Assembly: GCA_043808785.1 (NCBI GenBank)
Contig: JAZDEL010000002.1
Coordinates: 150,001-182,000, forward strand
Direction: 5' to 3'
Source: Candidatus Iainarchaeum sp.
GTDB lineage: Archaea; Iainarchaeota; Iainarchaeia; Iainarchaeales; JAZDEL01
DNA length: 32,000 nucleotides
Shown here: one piece after another, positions 23,876 through 32,000 of the stretch
How positions within the stretch are numbered: the first letter of the stretch is position 1
Layout: every line of letters starts with the position of its first letter
Program-made: the position numbers and the translations under genes
Notes under the pieces: model-generated
Database searches by the model: none
What the model saw: the letters and a program-made list of their open reading frames with translations, nothing else
Told to the model about the DNA's origin: nothing

Positions 23876-24097
23876 ATGGAAAGAAAATTCAAGATAGTCG
23901 TGGAGAAGGGCATTGACGGCTATTTCATAGGCGAGGCGCCCGAACTGCCGGGCTGTTATTCGCAGGGAAAAACACTCGGCGAACTCATGGACAACATGAG
24001 GGAGGCGATAGAGCTTTACATGGAATCCGCGGAGCAGACAGGCGTGCCGCGGGAAATAAGGTTTATTGCGATAAAAGAAGTTGTGGTAAATGCCTAA
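23876..24097 (+). CDS. hicB: HicB-like antitoxin, copy 2
   Basis: MERKFKIVVEKGIDGYFIGEAPELPGCYSQGKTLGELMDNMREAIELYME is paralogous to copy 1. The ATG is at 23876. Confidence 0.75.
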   Translation: MERKFKIVVEKGIDGYFIGEAPELPGCYSQGKTLGELMDNMREAIELYMESAEQTGVPREIRFIAIKEVVVNA

Positions 24098-24317
24098 ACT
24101 CAAGCCCCTTTCTCCGCAAAATCTGGCAAAAATCGCAGGCAAGCTCGGCTTCAGGCCCCTGAGGCGGAAAGGCAGCCATGCAACATTCGCGAATAGCGAA
24201 GGCAGGATTCTCGTAATCCCTATGCATTCGGGCACGAAGATTGACCGCGGGCTTCTGCTGAAAATAATAAAAAAGGATTTCGGGATTACGAGGGAGGAGT
24301 TTGAGAAGCTGCTGTAA
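24090..24317 (+). CDS. hicA: HicA mRNA-interferase toxin, copy 2
   Basis: MPKLKPLSPQNLAKIAGKLGFRPLRRKGSHATF...IPMHSG. It has the same 8-nt ATGCCTAA overlap with hicB as in copy 1. Confidence 0.8.
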   Translation: MPKLKPLSPQNLAKIAGKLGFRPLRRKGSHATFANSEGRILVIPMHSGTKIDRGLLLKIIKKDFGITREEFEKLL

Positions 24318-24399
24318 GCCTCGGAGCCAAATTCCGCAAACCGCTTGCCCGGTTCATGCCGCGCTCCTTCCTGCAAGCAGCCCTTCGCGTTTCGCCTTC

Positions 24400-25983
24400 T
24401 CAGGTTGCGCGCCTCCCGTGCAGCAAGCCGCGCAGTTCAAGTTCTTTTCTCGCGCCATCAATAAGTTCATTTATCTGTTTGACTTCCCCTTCTTTTCCGT
24501 CCAGTTCCGCAGCCTGCGTGAAGAGCATTTCATGCCAGTTCACCTTCCCGTTTGTTTTCTCCTGATGTTCGACAAATTTCCTGTAGTGAACTCCGGGCGG
24601 CGCTGGAACGCAGCCGAAAACCGAAATAGGAATGTGGTATTTTTCTGCGACAAGGAAAAGGAATTTTCCGCTTTCGAGCATGTTGCGCAGCGGCTCTATT
24701 TTCCCTTTCCCATTAACATTCCCGAAAACAAAAAACGCCTCTGGCTGGAAATTCGGCAGGGAAAGATAGCCTGCATTGTTCATTTCCTCTAGCAATTGCA
24801 CAACCATTTCAACGCTGTGCGGCTTCCTTATGTAATTCCGTAGTGTGTCGTCGGAGCCGGACTCAACAGGTATCGCAAAGCGCACAAGGATTCCTTCCTT
24901 TGCCAGCTCGCCGAGGCAGTGCAGCGCTTTGCAGCCATCGGCCAGCAGCGAGGAAATCGTAAGCCCGTTCGGGAACTGGATGCACCTGAAGCCCTGCTCC
25001 CTGCAGAACCCGAGTATTTTTATTCCGTCCTCCCTGTGTTCGGGCATGAAACCGAAAAAATTGTCGTCTTCGAAACTTATTGTATTGTAACGCTCGCTCC
25101 TGATTTTTGAAATTTCCTCGAAAATCTTCGGCATTGGCAGCCTGTCCCAGAATTTGGCTGTTTTGCCGTGGCTGCCGCATAATTGCTCATGAAACTCTTT
25201 GATGTGGCAGAACTCGCAATTGAAAGGGCAGCCGTTGCTGGTTGATATTTCCGTTGCAGGAGGGAACGGCGTAGGGCCCGCGTGCGGGTTGTTGAGTTCG
25301 CTGTACGCGTCAGGGGCACTTCCATTTGCGCGCTTCAGGAACTGCCTGTTGTACGAATACTTGTAATTCCTTAGGTCGAGCGCAGGCAGGGGTGTTTGAA
25401 CAAACGCGCCGTTTTCGCCAACATATGCAATCCCGCGGATTCTTGAAAGCGCCCCGAAATATTCCACCTCCGCAAGCACTCCCTTTTTTGGCAGCAAATT
25501 TGCAAGTGCAACTGTCGTTTCCTCAGCAAGCCCTATGCCCCTGCCAAGCACGATAATATCAACGCCCTCTATTTTTTCGCTCTCCGTGCCGAAGCCGAGG
25601 ATGCCGCGCGCATTGCAGGATGCAGCAACCCCGCCCATTATAACAGGCACGTGCGGAAGCGCAGCCTTAATCATGTGCACGAGTTCAGCCTTTATCCCCT
25701 GCTCGGCAAGAAGGGTGTGTGTAATTCCTATGGTATCTGGCTTCTCTGCAATAATTTGTTTCAGCAGTTCCCCGTTGCCAAAGCCGTACTCACGTAAGCC
25801 CGCGATTTTGCCCTCCACCTTTCTCCTTGCAAAGGGCGCCTCTATGAAGCCGTCAATAATCTTAACTTCGTGCCCGTTTTTGCACAGCGCATCAGCAGCC
25901 AGCATAAGCCCGAGCGGAGCCTGCCCGCGCGGCTTTTCACCAGGAATGAGTTTTGCTGTCTCGACAAGAACTATCTTCGCCAT
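24400..25983 (-). CDS. B12-binding-domain radical SAM enzyme (class B-like), substrate unknown
   Basis: The N-terminal Rossmann-like domain reads MAKIVLVETAK...APLGLMLAADALCKNGHEVKIIDG...PDTIGITH...VIMGGVAAS. The radical SAM cluster motif is TSNGCPFNCEFC (CxxxCxxC). The ATG at 25983 is 1 nt after the panD TAA. Confidence 0.8.
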   Translation of the reverse strand: MAKIVLVETAKLIPGEKPRGQAPLGLMLAADALCKNGHEVKIIDGFIEAPFARRKVEGKIAGLREYGFGNGELLKQIIAEKPDTIGITHTLLAEQGIKAELVHMIKAALPHVPVIMGGVAASCNARGILGFGTESEKIEGVDIIVLGRGIGLAEETTVALANLLPKKGVLAEVEYFGALSRIRGIAYVGENGAFVQTPLPALDLRNYKYSYNRQFLKRANGSAPDAYSELNNPHAGPTPFPPATEISTSNGCPFNCEFCHIKEFHEQLCGSHGKTAKFWDRLPMPKIFEEISKIRSERYNTISFEDDNFFGFMPEHREDGIKILGFCREQGFRCIQFPNGLTISSLLADGCKALHCLGELAKEGILVRFAIPVESGSDDTLRNYIRKPHSVEMVVQLLEEMNNAGYLSLPNFQPEAFFVFGNVNGKGKIEPLRNMLESGKFLFLVAEKYHIPISVFGCVPAPPGVHYRKFVEHQEKTNGKVNWHEMLFTQAAELDGKEGEVKQINELIDGARKELELRGLLHGRRAT

Positions 25984-25984
25984 C

Positions 25985-26326
25985 TTACTTCGCCCTATTT
26001 TTGGAGTCCGCATGCACAATCTTCGGCATGATTTCCTCCCCCTCTTCCAGAAGCGCGAACGCGGCAATTATAACCAAGTCCCCCTTCTTCGCGCGGTGCG
26101 CTGCTGCGCCGTTCACTATTACTTCTCCAGAGCCGCGCACTGCAGGAACAGCGTAGGTTTCAAACCTTTTCCCATTCGAAACGTTCCACACCTCTACCTT
26201 CTCGTGCTGAATTATTCCCGCAGCCTCCATAAGCGCCCCGTCAATTGTTATGCTCCCTTCGTAATCCAAATCCGCGCCCGTAACCGTGGCACGGTGGATT
26301 TTGGATTTCAGCATTATTAATTGCAT
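25985..26326 (-). CDS. panD: Pyruvoyl-dependent aspartate 1-decarboxylase
   Basis: [30 protein letters not shown]...GKRFETYAV...[23 protein letters not shown] contains the Gly-Ser self-cleavage site within YEGS. The ATG at 26326 is 5 nt after the methyltransferase TGA. Confidence 0.85.
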   Translation of the reverse strand: MQLIMLKSKIHRATVTGADLDYEGSITIDGALMEAAGIIQHEKVEVWNVSNGKRFETYAVPAVRGSGEVIVNGAAAHRAKKGDLVIIAAFALLEEGEEIMPKIVHADSKNRAK

Positions 26327-26331
26327 CCTAC

Positions 26332-27117
26332 TCACTTCCGCGCGAGGAAAACATCGTAATTTTTTTCCCCTGCAATATCCACATATGTTTCGATGTCTTT
26401 GAATCCCGCCTCTTTCATGAATTCAAGCAGTTCGGAGTGGCGCATGTGGTATGCCCTGCAGAGCAGTTTCACCCTTTCGGTTTGCTCCGTGCCGCCGTTG
26501 CATTCCGCCCTCACGATTGCCTCAGGCTCCCATGTGCGCACATGCCTTACCAAATCGTGCGTAATCTTCCATTTCAGTTCGACATCCTCGCCGCTTATTT
26601 TCTTCCTGCCGAAGTTTTCATTAAATATGGTCTGCTTCGGCGTGAAGCTCTCGCGTGGGGAGCAGTCTACGTAGCAGAGCCCGCCAGGAGCCAGCACGCT
26701 GTAGAATGCCTTTATTGAACGTGCGATTTCATCTTTCGCGCGGGAGCAATCAACTTCCTCCCTCCCCCATGAAACCGCATAAGGCAGGGAATTTCCCCTG
26801 CACATCACAGCATCGAATTCCTCCCCGAACTGCTTCGGCAGTTCGCGCCACCTTGCGTGCAGCGCCCTTATCTTCACGCCCTCCTTTGCGCAGTTGCGCC
26901 TGAACTGTGCAAGCATCTGCCTGCTGCCGTCGGTGCACACTAAATCGTAGCCGAGTTTTTTCAGTTCTATCGCCGGATATCCTACGCCGCAGGAGCCGTC
27001 AAGTATTTTGCGTATTTTCCCGCCCCTGAACAGCGCATCCAGAGATTTCACATATGTGCCATTATACATGAAATGCAGGCTCGTTTCCCAGAGCCACACC
27101 AAGTCCCTTTTCGCCAT
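26332..27117 (-). CDS. Class I SAM-dependent methyltransferase, glycine/sarcosine N-methyltransferase-like
   Basis: Motif I is [42 protein letters not shown] resembles the GNMT C-L-G-N-S-F segment. There is a long post-core region, as in GNMT-type enzymes. Confidence 0.75.
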   Translation of the reverse strand: MAKRDLVWLWETSLHFMYNGTYVKSLDALFRGGKIRKILDGSCGVGYPAIELKKLGYDLVCTDGSRQMLAQFRRNCAKEGVKIRALHARWRELPKQFGEEFDAVMCRGNSLPYAVSWGREEVDCSRAKDEIARSIKAFYSVLAPGGLCYVDCSPRESFTPKQTIFNENFGRKKISGEDVELKWKITHDLVRHVRTWEPEAIVRAECNGGTEQTERVKLLCRAYHMRHSELLEFMKEAGFKDIETYVDIAGEKNYDVFLARK

Positions 27118-27189
27118 AAGACTCGCCTACATAACTGCACCCTGCCAAACTAATATAATTTTCCAGAAAATATTAAGCCAAAATGATAA

Positions 27190-27199
27190 CTTTATATAC
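27190..27199 (+). promoter_or_regulatory. TATA-like box CTTTATATAC ~27 nt upstream of the Lrp-like gene ATG
   Basis: The divergent AT-rich intergenic region 27118-27221 also contains taatataatttt (27151-27162), a candidate box for the minus-strand operon. Confidence 0.45.
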
Positions 27200-27221
27200 A
27201 ATTTTATCCATATACTAAAAT

Positions 27222-28208
27222 ATGGCGGAATGGCTTAATCCCTTCAAGGAACTTGGCCTTGACAGCAGGGACAGGAAGATAATGTACGAACTTGATGTGA
27301 ACGCGCGCCAGAGCAGCGCGCAGATAGCGAAAAAGCTGAGGCTCGATAAGGCTGTGGTGAATTACAGGATAAAAAAACTCCTTGACGCTGAAGTAATCCT
27401 CGGCTTCTACACGATAATCGACACAACAAAGCTCGGCTATGAGGGCTACAGGCTTTACCTTAAATTCCAGAACCTCGACGCAAAGAAGGAGGGCGAGATA
27501 ACTTCATTCATAGTTAAAAGCCCGCTTACGTGGTGGGTCGGCTCGATAGACGGGAACTGGGATATGGGCGTTTTGCTCTGGGTGCGCAACGTATATGAAC
27601 TCAAGAAATTCTGGTGCGAGTTCATGGAAAAATACGGCGAATATGTGCAGGACGAGGTAATTTCAGTTTACGCAAACCTTTACCATTTCAGCTATGCTTT
27701 CATTTACCCGGGAAAAGTTGCCGAGCCCGCAATGCAGGAGGTAGGAAGCGCGGAAAAGGTGCAGGCAACAGAAAACGAGGAGAAGGTCCTGCGCGTGCTC
27801 GCCGAGAACGCCCGCATGCCGACTGTTGAAATCGCGGAAAAAACAGGATTAACCCCGATGGTTGTTAAATATGCGATAAAAAAAATGTCCGAGAACGGGG
27901 TGATAAAAGGATTCAGGGTTATGTTCAACCTCGGCCTGCTGAATTACACTTACTATAAGGTGGATGTGAACATCTCGGACTTCTCGCGTTATTCCGCGTT
28001 GTTCGATTTCGCAAGGGCGCAGCCGAACGTAATTTACATTGACAGGACAATAGGCGCAGGGGACCTTGAAATGAACCTGCTTGTTGAAACGCACGAGCAG
28101 TTCCACGACATAATGCGCGAACTTAAGGCGAAGTTCCCCGGGGTTGTAAGGGATTACAGTTACATGATTTATTCGAAGATACACAAGATTGCCTATTACC
28201 AGCACTGA
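27222..28208 (+). CDS. Tandem (duplicated) Lrp/AsnC-family transcription regulator
   Basis: There are two HTH_AsnC-like units, DSRDRKIMYELDVNARQSSAQIAKKLRLDKAVVNYRIKKL and ENEEKVLRVLAENARMPTVEIAEKTGLTPMVVKYAIKKM. Each is followed by a RAM-like domain. Confidence 0.8.
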   Translation: MAEWLNPFKELGLDSRDRKIMYELDVNARQSSAQIAKKLRLDKAVVNYRIKKLLDAEVILGFYTIIDTTKLGYEGYRLYLKFQNLDAKKEGEITSFIVKSPLTWWVGSIDGNWDMGVLLWVRNVYELKKFWCEFMEKYGEYVQDEVISVYANLYHFSYAFIYPGKVAEPAMQEVGSAEKVQATENEEKVLRVLAENARMPTVEIAEKTGLTPMVVKYAIKKMSENGVIKGFRVMFNLGLLNYTYYKVDVNISDFSRYSALFDFARAQPNVIYIDRTIGAGDLEMNLLVETHEQFHDIMRELKAKFPGVVRDYSYMIYSKIHKIAYYQH

Positions 28209-28266
28209 AAAGAAAACCCTTTTATAACAGGTCGGACATTCTAATTGCCGAACCGCGCGTGGTTTT

Positions 28267-28779
28267 ATGCTCGAAGGGCTTCAGGTTTTTCTGGAACAGT
28301 TAATCGCGAACTACGGCCTGCTCGGGCTTTTCATTGCCTCGATAATAGGCAATGCCACGATTTTCCTCCCCCTGCCTGTGGACTTGCTTGTTTTCGCCCT
28401 CGGCGCGCTTGTGCCCAACCTCTGGACGGCATTTGTAATCGGCGTTGTCGCGGGCCTTGGCGCCGCTATAGGCGAGATGAGCGGATACATGCTCGGCCTT
28501 GCCGGAATAAGCGCTGCGGAGAAGGCGAAGCACAGCGAGTTCAGGCTCCTCGGCGATGTTAGGGAAAGGGTGGAGCGCTGGGGTTTCCCTTTCATTGCGC
28601 TTGCATCATTCATACCTTTCCCTTTCGACCTTGTAGGGGTTGCGGCGGGAGTTGCAAAATACCCCGTGAAAAAGTTCTTCATCGCAACCCTGATAGGCAA
28701 GGTTCCGAAGTTCGTGCTTTTCGCATTCGCGGGCTTCCTCGGCTGGGCTGCAATAAAGAGCTTTTTCGCGCTTGGGTAG
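28267..28779 (+). CDS. DedA/YqaA-type (VTT/SNARE-associated domain) membrane protein
   Basis: The protein has multiple TM helices and the segments GNATIFLPLPVD and FIPFPFDLVGVAAGVAKYP, typical of the family. Confidence 0.7.
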   Translation: MLEGLQVFLEQLIANYGLLGLFIASIIGNATIFLPLPVDLLVFALGALVPNLWTAFVIGVVAGLGAAIGEMSGYMLGLAGISAAEKAKHSEFRLLGDVRERVERWGFPFIALASFIPFPFDLVGVAAGVAKYPVKKFFIATLIGKVPKFVLFAFAGFLGWAAIKSFFALG

Positions 28780-28791
28780 GCGAAAATAAAA

Positions 28792-28834
28792 AAACCAAAA
28801 CCGCGATGCGGTTTGTCTTTTGGTTTTTATTTTG
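28792..28834. terminator. Bidirectional hairpin flanked by A/T runs between convergent genes
   Basis: aaaccaaaaccgc-gat-gcggtttgtcttttggttt is followed by tttttatttt on the + strand and by tttttttatttt on the minus strand. Confidence 0.45.
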
Positions 28835-28864
28835 GGCGGTTATGGTTGCCGCAGTGCAGCGCTT

Positions 28865-29707
28865 TCAGAGCCCGGCAAATGAAACCGCGAGCCAAACCAA
28901 AACCATCAGCACAGTCTGCGGCGGCAGCGCGGGAAGAACCCTGCCTTCCTTCCTCGAGCAGTAATCTATCGTCCACAACAGCCCCGTGAGGGAGGCAAGG
29001 AGAATCAGCACAGGGCCCACGAGGAATAGCGGGAACGCCATTGCGTTTTTCCCCGCAGCCATAACCGAAACCGCGAACATAAGCGGCATAACCATATCCC
29101 CCGTGCCCAGTTCAAATGTATGTTCCGGCGTCGGCATCGCATATGTGAATGAAAGGTTCTTTTTCGTCACGGCCTTCGCAAGCGTAACCATGTGCTTGGT
29201 TTTGAATACCGCAATAAAGTCATAGAGCGCAAGCAGGATAAGGAAAACAAGCACGGGCAGGATGCCGAGTGAAACTCCCAAAAGTGCACCAGCGCCCGCT
29301 GTAGCGAGTACGCTCGTGACATTCCTGAGCATCAAATTTTTGGAATAAATATTCCTCAGGGCAACAAGCCCCGCAGCGGGCAGGACAACCAACAAATTAT
29401 TGAAAAAAGACGCGAAAACAAGAGTGCTCGTCCCGAAAATTGCAAGGCTCTCGAAAGCCTTGAGCAGTATGTAAAGCAGCCTCTCGCGCAGGTATTTTAT
29501 CGCAACAAGCAGAATTGCAGTGAACCCGAGTATGTACCCGAAAAGCCAGGCGCTGTTTTCCACTTCCTCAGGCCCCTTGCCCGGGGCAATCGTTGCGCGC
29601 ACCTCCTCCTTTATGAGCGTGTTCGCGGTCCACAATCCGAGAGCCTGCGTTATGAGGAAAAGCGCAATCAGCTGCAAAAAAAGGCCGCGCCTTGTTTTGG
29701 AATCCAT
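28865..29707 (-). CDS. Presenilin/signal-peptide-peptidase family (A22) intramembrane aspartyl protease
   Basis: It is polytopic and carries LALYDFIAV (YD), ELGTGDMVMP (GxGD) and VLPALPP (PAL) in the canonical order. The ATG is at 29707. Confidence 0.85.
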   Translation of the reverse strand: MDSKTRRGLFLQLIALFLITQALGLWTANTLIKEEVRATIAPGKGPEEVENSAWLFGYILGFTAILLVAIKYLRERLLYILLKAFESLAIFGTSTLVFASFFNNLLVVLPAAGLVALRNIYSKNLMLRNVTSVLATAGAGALLGVSLGILPVLVFLILLALYDFIAVFKTKHMVTLAKAVTKKNLSFTYAMPTPEHTFELGTGDMVMPLMFAVSVMAAGKNAMAFPLFLVGPVLILLASLTGLLWTIDYCSRKEGRVLPALPPQTVLMVLVWLAVSFAGL

Positions 29708-29823
29708 GCACTGAAATATGGCGCAAGTTTTTATAAAGCAGTGTTTGCTGGAAAATTTTGGCGCCAAAATTGTGCGGTGATAATTATATATATGCGGTTG
29801 CAGTTATAGTTTCAGTTAGAATT

Positions 29824-32000
29824 ATGAAAAACACCCGCCTAATTGGAACCCGCGGGCAGGCAAGCCCGCTGGTTGTCCTTGCTCTTTTGTTTGCAATAGC
29901 GGTCGCCCTTTCCGCGCAGGACAGCAGGGCGCCCTCGGGCATGGCATCCCTCTTCTTTCAGGAGAGCACGGCAACAAGCGAGCAGATAACATGCTATTTC
30001 ACGGGCTCCTTCGCAGCATCCCCTCAGAACTGCTACACCGCGGACGGAAAATTTTCATGCTCGGGCACGGGAACATGCATGGTTGCTGTTGAAGGCTCGA
30101 GCGGCTATAAAGTGGACTGGAAAAGCAGCTGCGGGGGGTATGCAACAACCGTAATCGACGGCACAGGCGAAAGCATAACTTTCAATTGCGAGCCATCCCA
30201 GCAGCCGGCAGCGACATCGGCTGACATAAAGGAGCAGGTAACCTGCAAATTTTTAAACTCGGGTTCCCCGCAGAAATGCCGCACCACCAACGGAAAATTC
30301 TCGTGCGACGGCACTGGAACCTGCACAGCGGAAGTTTACGGCGCAAGCGGCACAAAATTCGAATGGGACAGCACCTGCAGCGGTTATGCCTCGACAACGG
30401 TTGACGGGATTAACAAAACAATAACCTTCGAATGCCCGCAGGCTTCAGGCACACCAACGGAAACTCAAACACAGTCAACTTCGCCATACTCCTGCCCGTC
30501 AAACTGCGTATGCCTGGCTGAGGCGGACGGAAAGAACCTTGGCTACTCTTTTTGCGGAGGCACGCCCACGGTTTGCAGCTACGACCAGTATAAGGTGCCC
30601 AAGTATTGTTATTATGCAGGGCAAAAGGCGGAACCGCGGGCAAATACTTACCCGTCCGCAACCCAGCAACAGCTGACAACCCAAGACCTAACCCTGATGG
30701 CGGTCCTGTATGCTTACTACACGGAAAATTGCGGGCAGGCATGCGAGGATGCGAGAAAGTTCTTGGCGGAAATGAAGGCGAAATATTCCCCGAATTTTAT
30801 TTACAGCGAGGGAGTTCTCCACGCTTCCGATATCCGCTCCGAAAACGACCAAAAAATTCTTGATGTTCTGGGCATGACTATAAAGGATACCACTCCGACA
30901 ATTGCCATTGGCAGCAAACTATTGCACAAGCTTGATACTGAACAGATAGAGCAAACAATAAAGGAATGCATCGATAACCCCGGGTCGTGCGGTCCCGTGC
31001 CGTCTGTCCTGGAACCTTTTGCGGCATCCCCGCCGAAGATGTATGTTGCGGGGCAGCCGCAAACAAGCCGGCAGCAAAATCAGGTTCCCCCTTCGGGCCC
31101 GTGCAAAGAGGGCTCAACGGCATATTACACCTGCCCCGCGAACAGGGTCGGGGAGCAGCCGCAGATGCCCTGGTGCGTGTGCAAAATAGATGCGTGGCAG
31201 TGCGACCCCCGCCCTGAAAGCGCCTGTCCGCCCGTTGATGCCTGCCCTGCAAAAATAGATATGGAGCTTGACAAGAAAGTTTATTACCCCGGCGATGCTG
31301 CCAAACTCAGCGTGAAGATTTATGATTCCTCGGGAAAACCTCTCCCGAACCAGGCTTTTTACCAGCATACTTACAGCCCATCCGGCGCGTTCAAGCCGCA
31401 AAGTACAAATTTCGCCATGAGGGTTGGCAAAGACGGCACTTACACATCCGAAGGCAGGATTCCAAGCGACCTGCCGCCGGGCAGGGTTATTACAGGCGCT
31501 TACACAATGGGCTATGAGGCGTGGTGCGCCTCTGTCAATGATAATTTTGAATTTGAAATCGCCGACAGCGCGGCTTTGCAGCCTGTGTGCGGCAACGGAG
31601 TATGCGAGCCCGGCGAGGGGCAGACATGCACTGTTGCAGCAGTAGCCTGCAAGCCGGATACAGTATGCGAGATTCCGAAGCCGAGCTGCAGCGTTCCCTG
31701 TCCGCAGGACTGCTATAGCAAGCCGACGGTGCAGAGTACAACCCTGCACGCCGCCGAGAATAAGTTCAAGCTTTCAATTAACCAGACCGTCAGCTTCGGT
31801 GAGCCGAATAATCTTTCGCTTACGCTCGTCAATGTAATTGTCCCGCAGTGCAAAGAACTCAGGGCGGAGCAGCCAAAATCCGTGCTCGAGACAGAGCAGC
31901 CAAGACCGGCGCTTGAGAGGCCTGCAGTTCCCGTACCGGAAGAAAAACCGCCTGCAACAGCCCCAGCCGGGCAAACCATGGAAAAGGCAAGGGACAAGGT
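29824..32000 (+). CDS. Large secreted Cys-rich surface protein, 5' partial (runs off the window end)
   Basis: Absent from the ORF track because it is open-ended. Manual translation gives the signal peptide MKNTRLIGTRGQASPLVVLALLFAIAVALSAQ. It contains a duplicated ~67-aa 8-Cys module (29986-30189 and 30235-30435), a thioredoxin-fold-like segment (30688-30972), an MG/Ig-like segment (KKVYYPGDAAKLSVKIYD) and a CGNGVCEPGEG motif. Confidence 0.7.
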   Translation, partial: MKNTRLIGTRGQASPLVVLALLFAIAVALSAQDSRAPSGMASLFFQESTATSEQITCYFTGSFAASPQNCYTADGKFSCSGTGTCMVAVEGSSGYKVDWKSSCGGYATTVIDGTGESITFNCEPSQQPAATSADIKEQVTCKFLNSGSPQKCRTTNGKFSCDGTGTCTAEVYGASGTKFEWDSTCSGYASTTVDGINKTITFECPQASGTPTETQTQSTSPYSCPSNCVCLAEADGKNLGYSFCGGTPTVCSYDQYKVPKYCYYAGQKAEPRANTYPSATQQQLTTQDLTLMAVLYAYYTENCGQACEDARKFLAEMKAKYSPNFIYSEGVLHASDIRSENDQKILDVLGMTIKDTTPTIAIGSKLLHKLDTEQIEQTIKECIDNPGSCGPVPSVLEPFAASPPKMYVAGQPQTSRQQNQVPPSGPCKEGSTAYYTCPANRVGEQPQMPWCVCKIDAWQCDPRPESACPPVDACPAKIDMELDKKVYYPGDAAKLSVKIYDSSGKPLPNQAFYQHTYSPSGAFKPQSTNFAMRVGKDGTYTSEGRIPSDLPPGRVITGAYTMGYEAWCASVNDNFEFEIADSAALQPVCGNGVCEPGEGQTCTVAAVACKPDTVCEIPKPSCSVPCPQDCYSKPTVQSTTLHAAENKFKLSINQTVSFGEPNNLSLTLVNVIVPQCKELRAEQPKSVLETEQPRPALERPAVPVPEEKPPATAPAGQTMEKARDK

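Noticed and set aside
23750-24376. The upstream 209 codons of the 348-aa ORF that contains aIF2-beta.
   Set aside because: Only the last 139 codons match aIF2-beta, and they begin with a canonical MAGSDADYENMLERAY. The extension overlaps both hicBA-2 genes on the opposite strand, and those have clear family signatures.
25535-26320. A 261-aa plus-strand ORF antisense to the radical SAM and panD genes.
   Set aside because: The minus-strand genes carry unambiguous motifs (CxxxCxxC and the PanD YEGS site). The plus-strand product is Ser/Pro/Ile-rich with no signature.
31636-31655. A near-copy (18 of 20 nt, gcagcagtagcctgcaagcc) of the core of the 22-nt hairpin-element repeat.
   Set aside because: It lies inside the coding sequence of the secreted protein (TVAAVACKPD), lacks the complementary arm and flanks, and has two mismatches. 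It is probably coincidental, though worth including if a genome-wide search for the element is run.
30105-31997. Several minus-strand ORFs (30105-30326, 30410-30742, 30878-31252, 31114-31749, 31713-31997).
   Set aside because: All lie antisense to one continuous plus-strand reading frame (29824 to the window end). That frame has a signal peptide and repeated Cys modules. The track omitted it only because it has no stop within the window.

Overview
The window is archaeal. It encodes topoisomerase VI A/B, aIF1A, aIF2-beta, ribosomal protein L10e, a RIO kinase with a Dim2-like KH protein, a presenilin-type protease, four-subunit pyruvate:ferredoxin oxidoreductase (POR) and an ADP-forming acetyl-CoA synthetase. 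Gene packing is tight. Many first genes have a TATA-like box about 25-30 nt upstream of the ATG, which suggests leaderless mRNAs, and Lys/Gly/Glu-rich low-complexity tails recur on housekeeping proteins. I infer an uncultivated small-genome (DPANN-like) archaeon, but cannot verify this. Housekeeping blocks are interrupted by accessory material: two hicBA modules, a RelE-like toxin gene broken by a perfect 16-nt tandem duplication, a wHTH plus His-rich small-protein pair next to tRNA-Cys, low-GC orphan genes, and a gene split at an A8 run. The best candidate for an undescribed system is a translationally coupled operon on the minus strand (24400-27117). It encodes a GNMT-like SAM methyltransferase, a pyruvoyl aspartate decarboxylase (PanD) and a B12-domain radical SAM enzyme. 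A tandem-Lrp regulator is transcribed divergently, and no pantothenate or CoA genes are nearby. Second is a GC-rich hairpin element present in the tRNA-Cys leader and, with a 52-nt double-hairpin insert, in the 5' extension of top6B. Other points of interest are Cys-repeat secreted proteins, a ThiI-like protein that lacks the PP-loop motif, and an Mre11 gene with no partner genes. All homology calls come from motifs read by eye. No searches were run, and start codons were refined manually against the supplied ORF track, which also treats GTG/TTG as starts.
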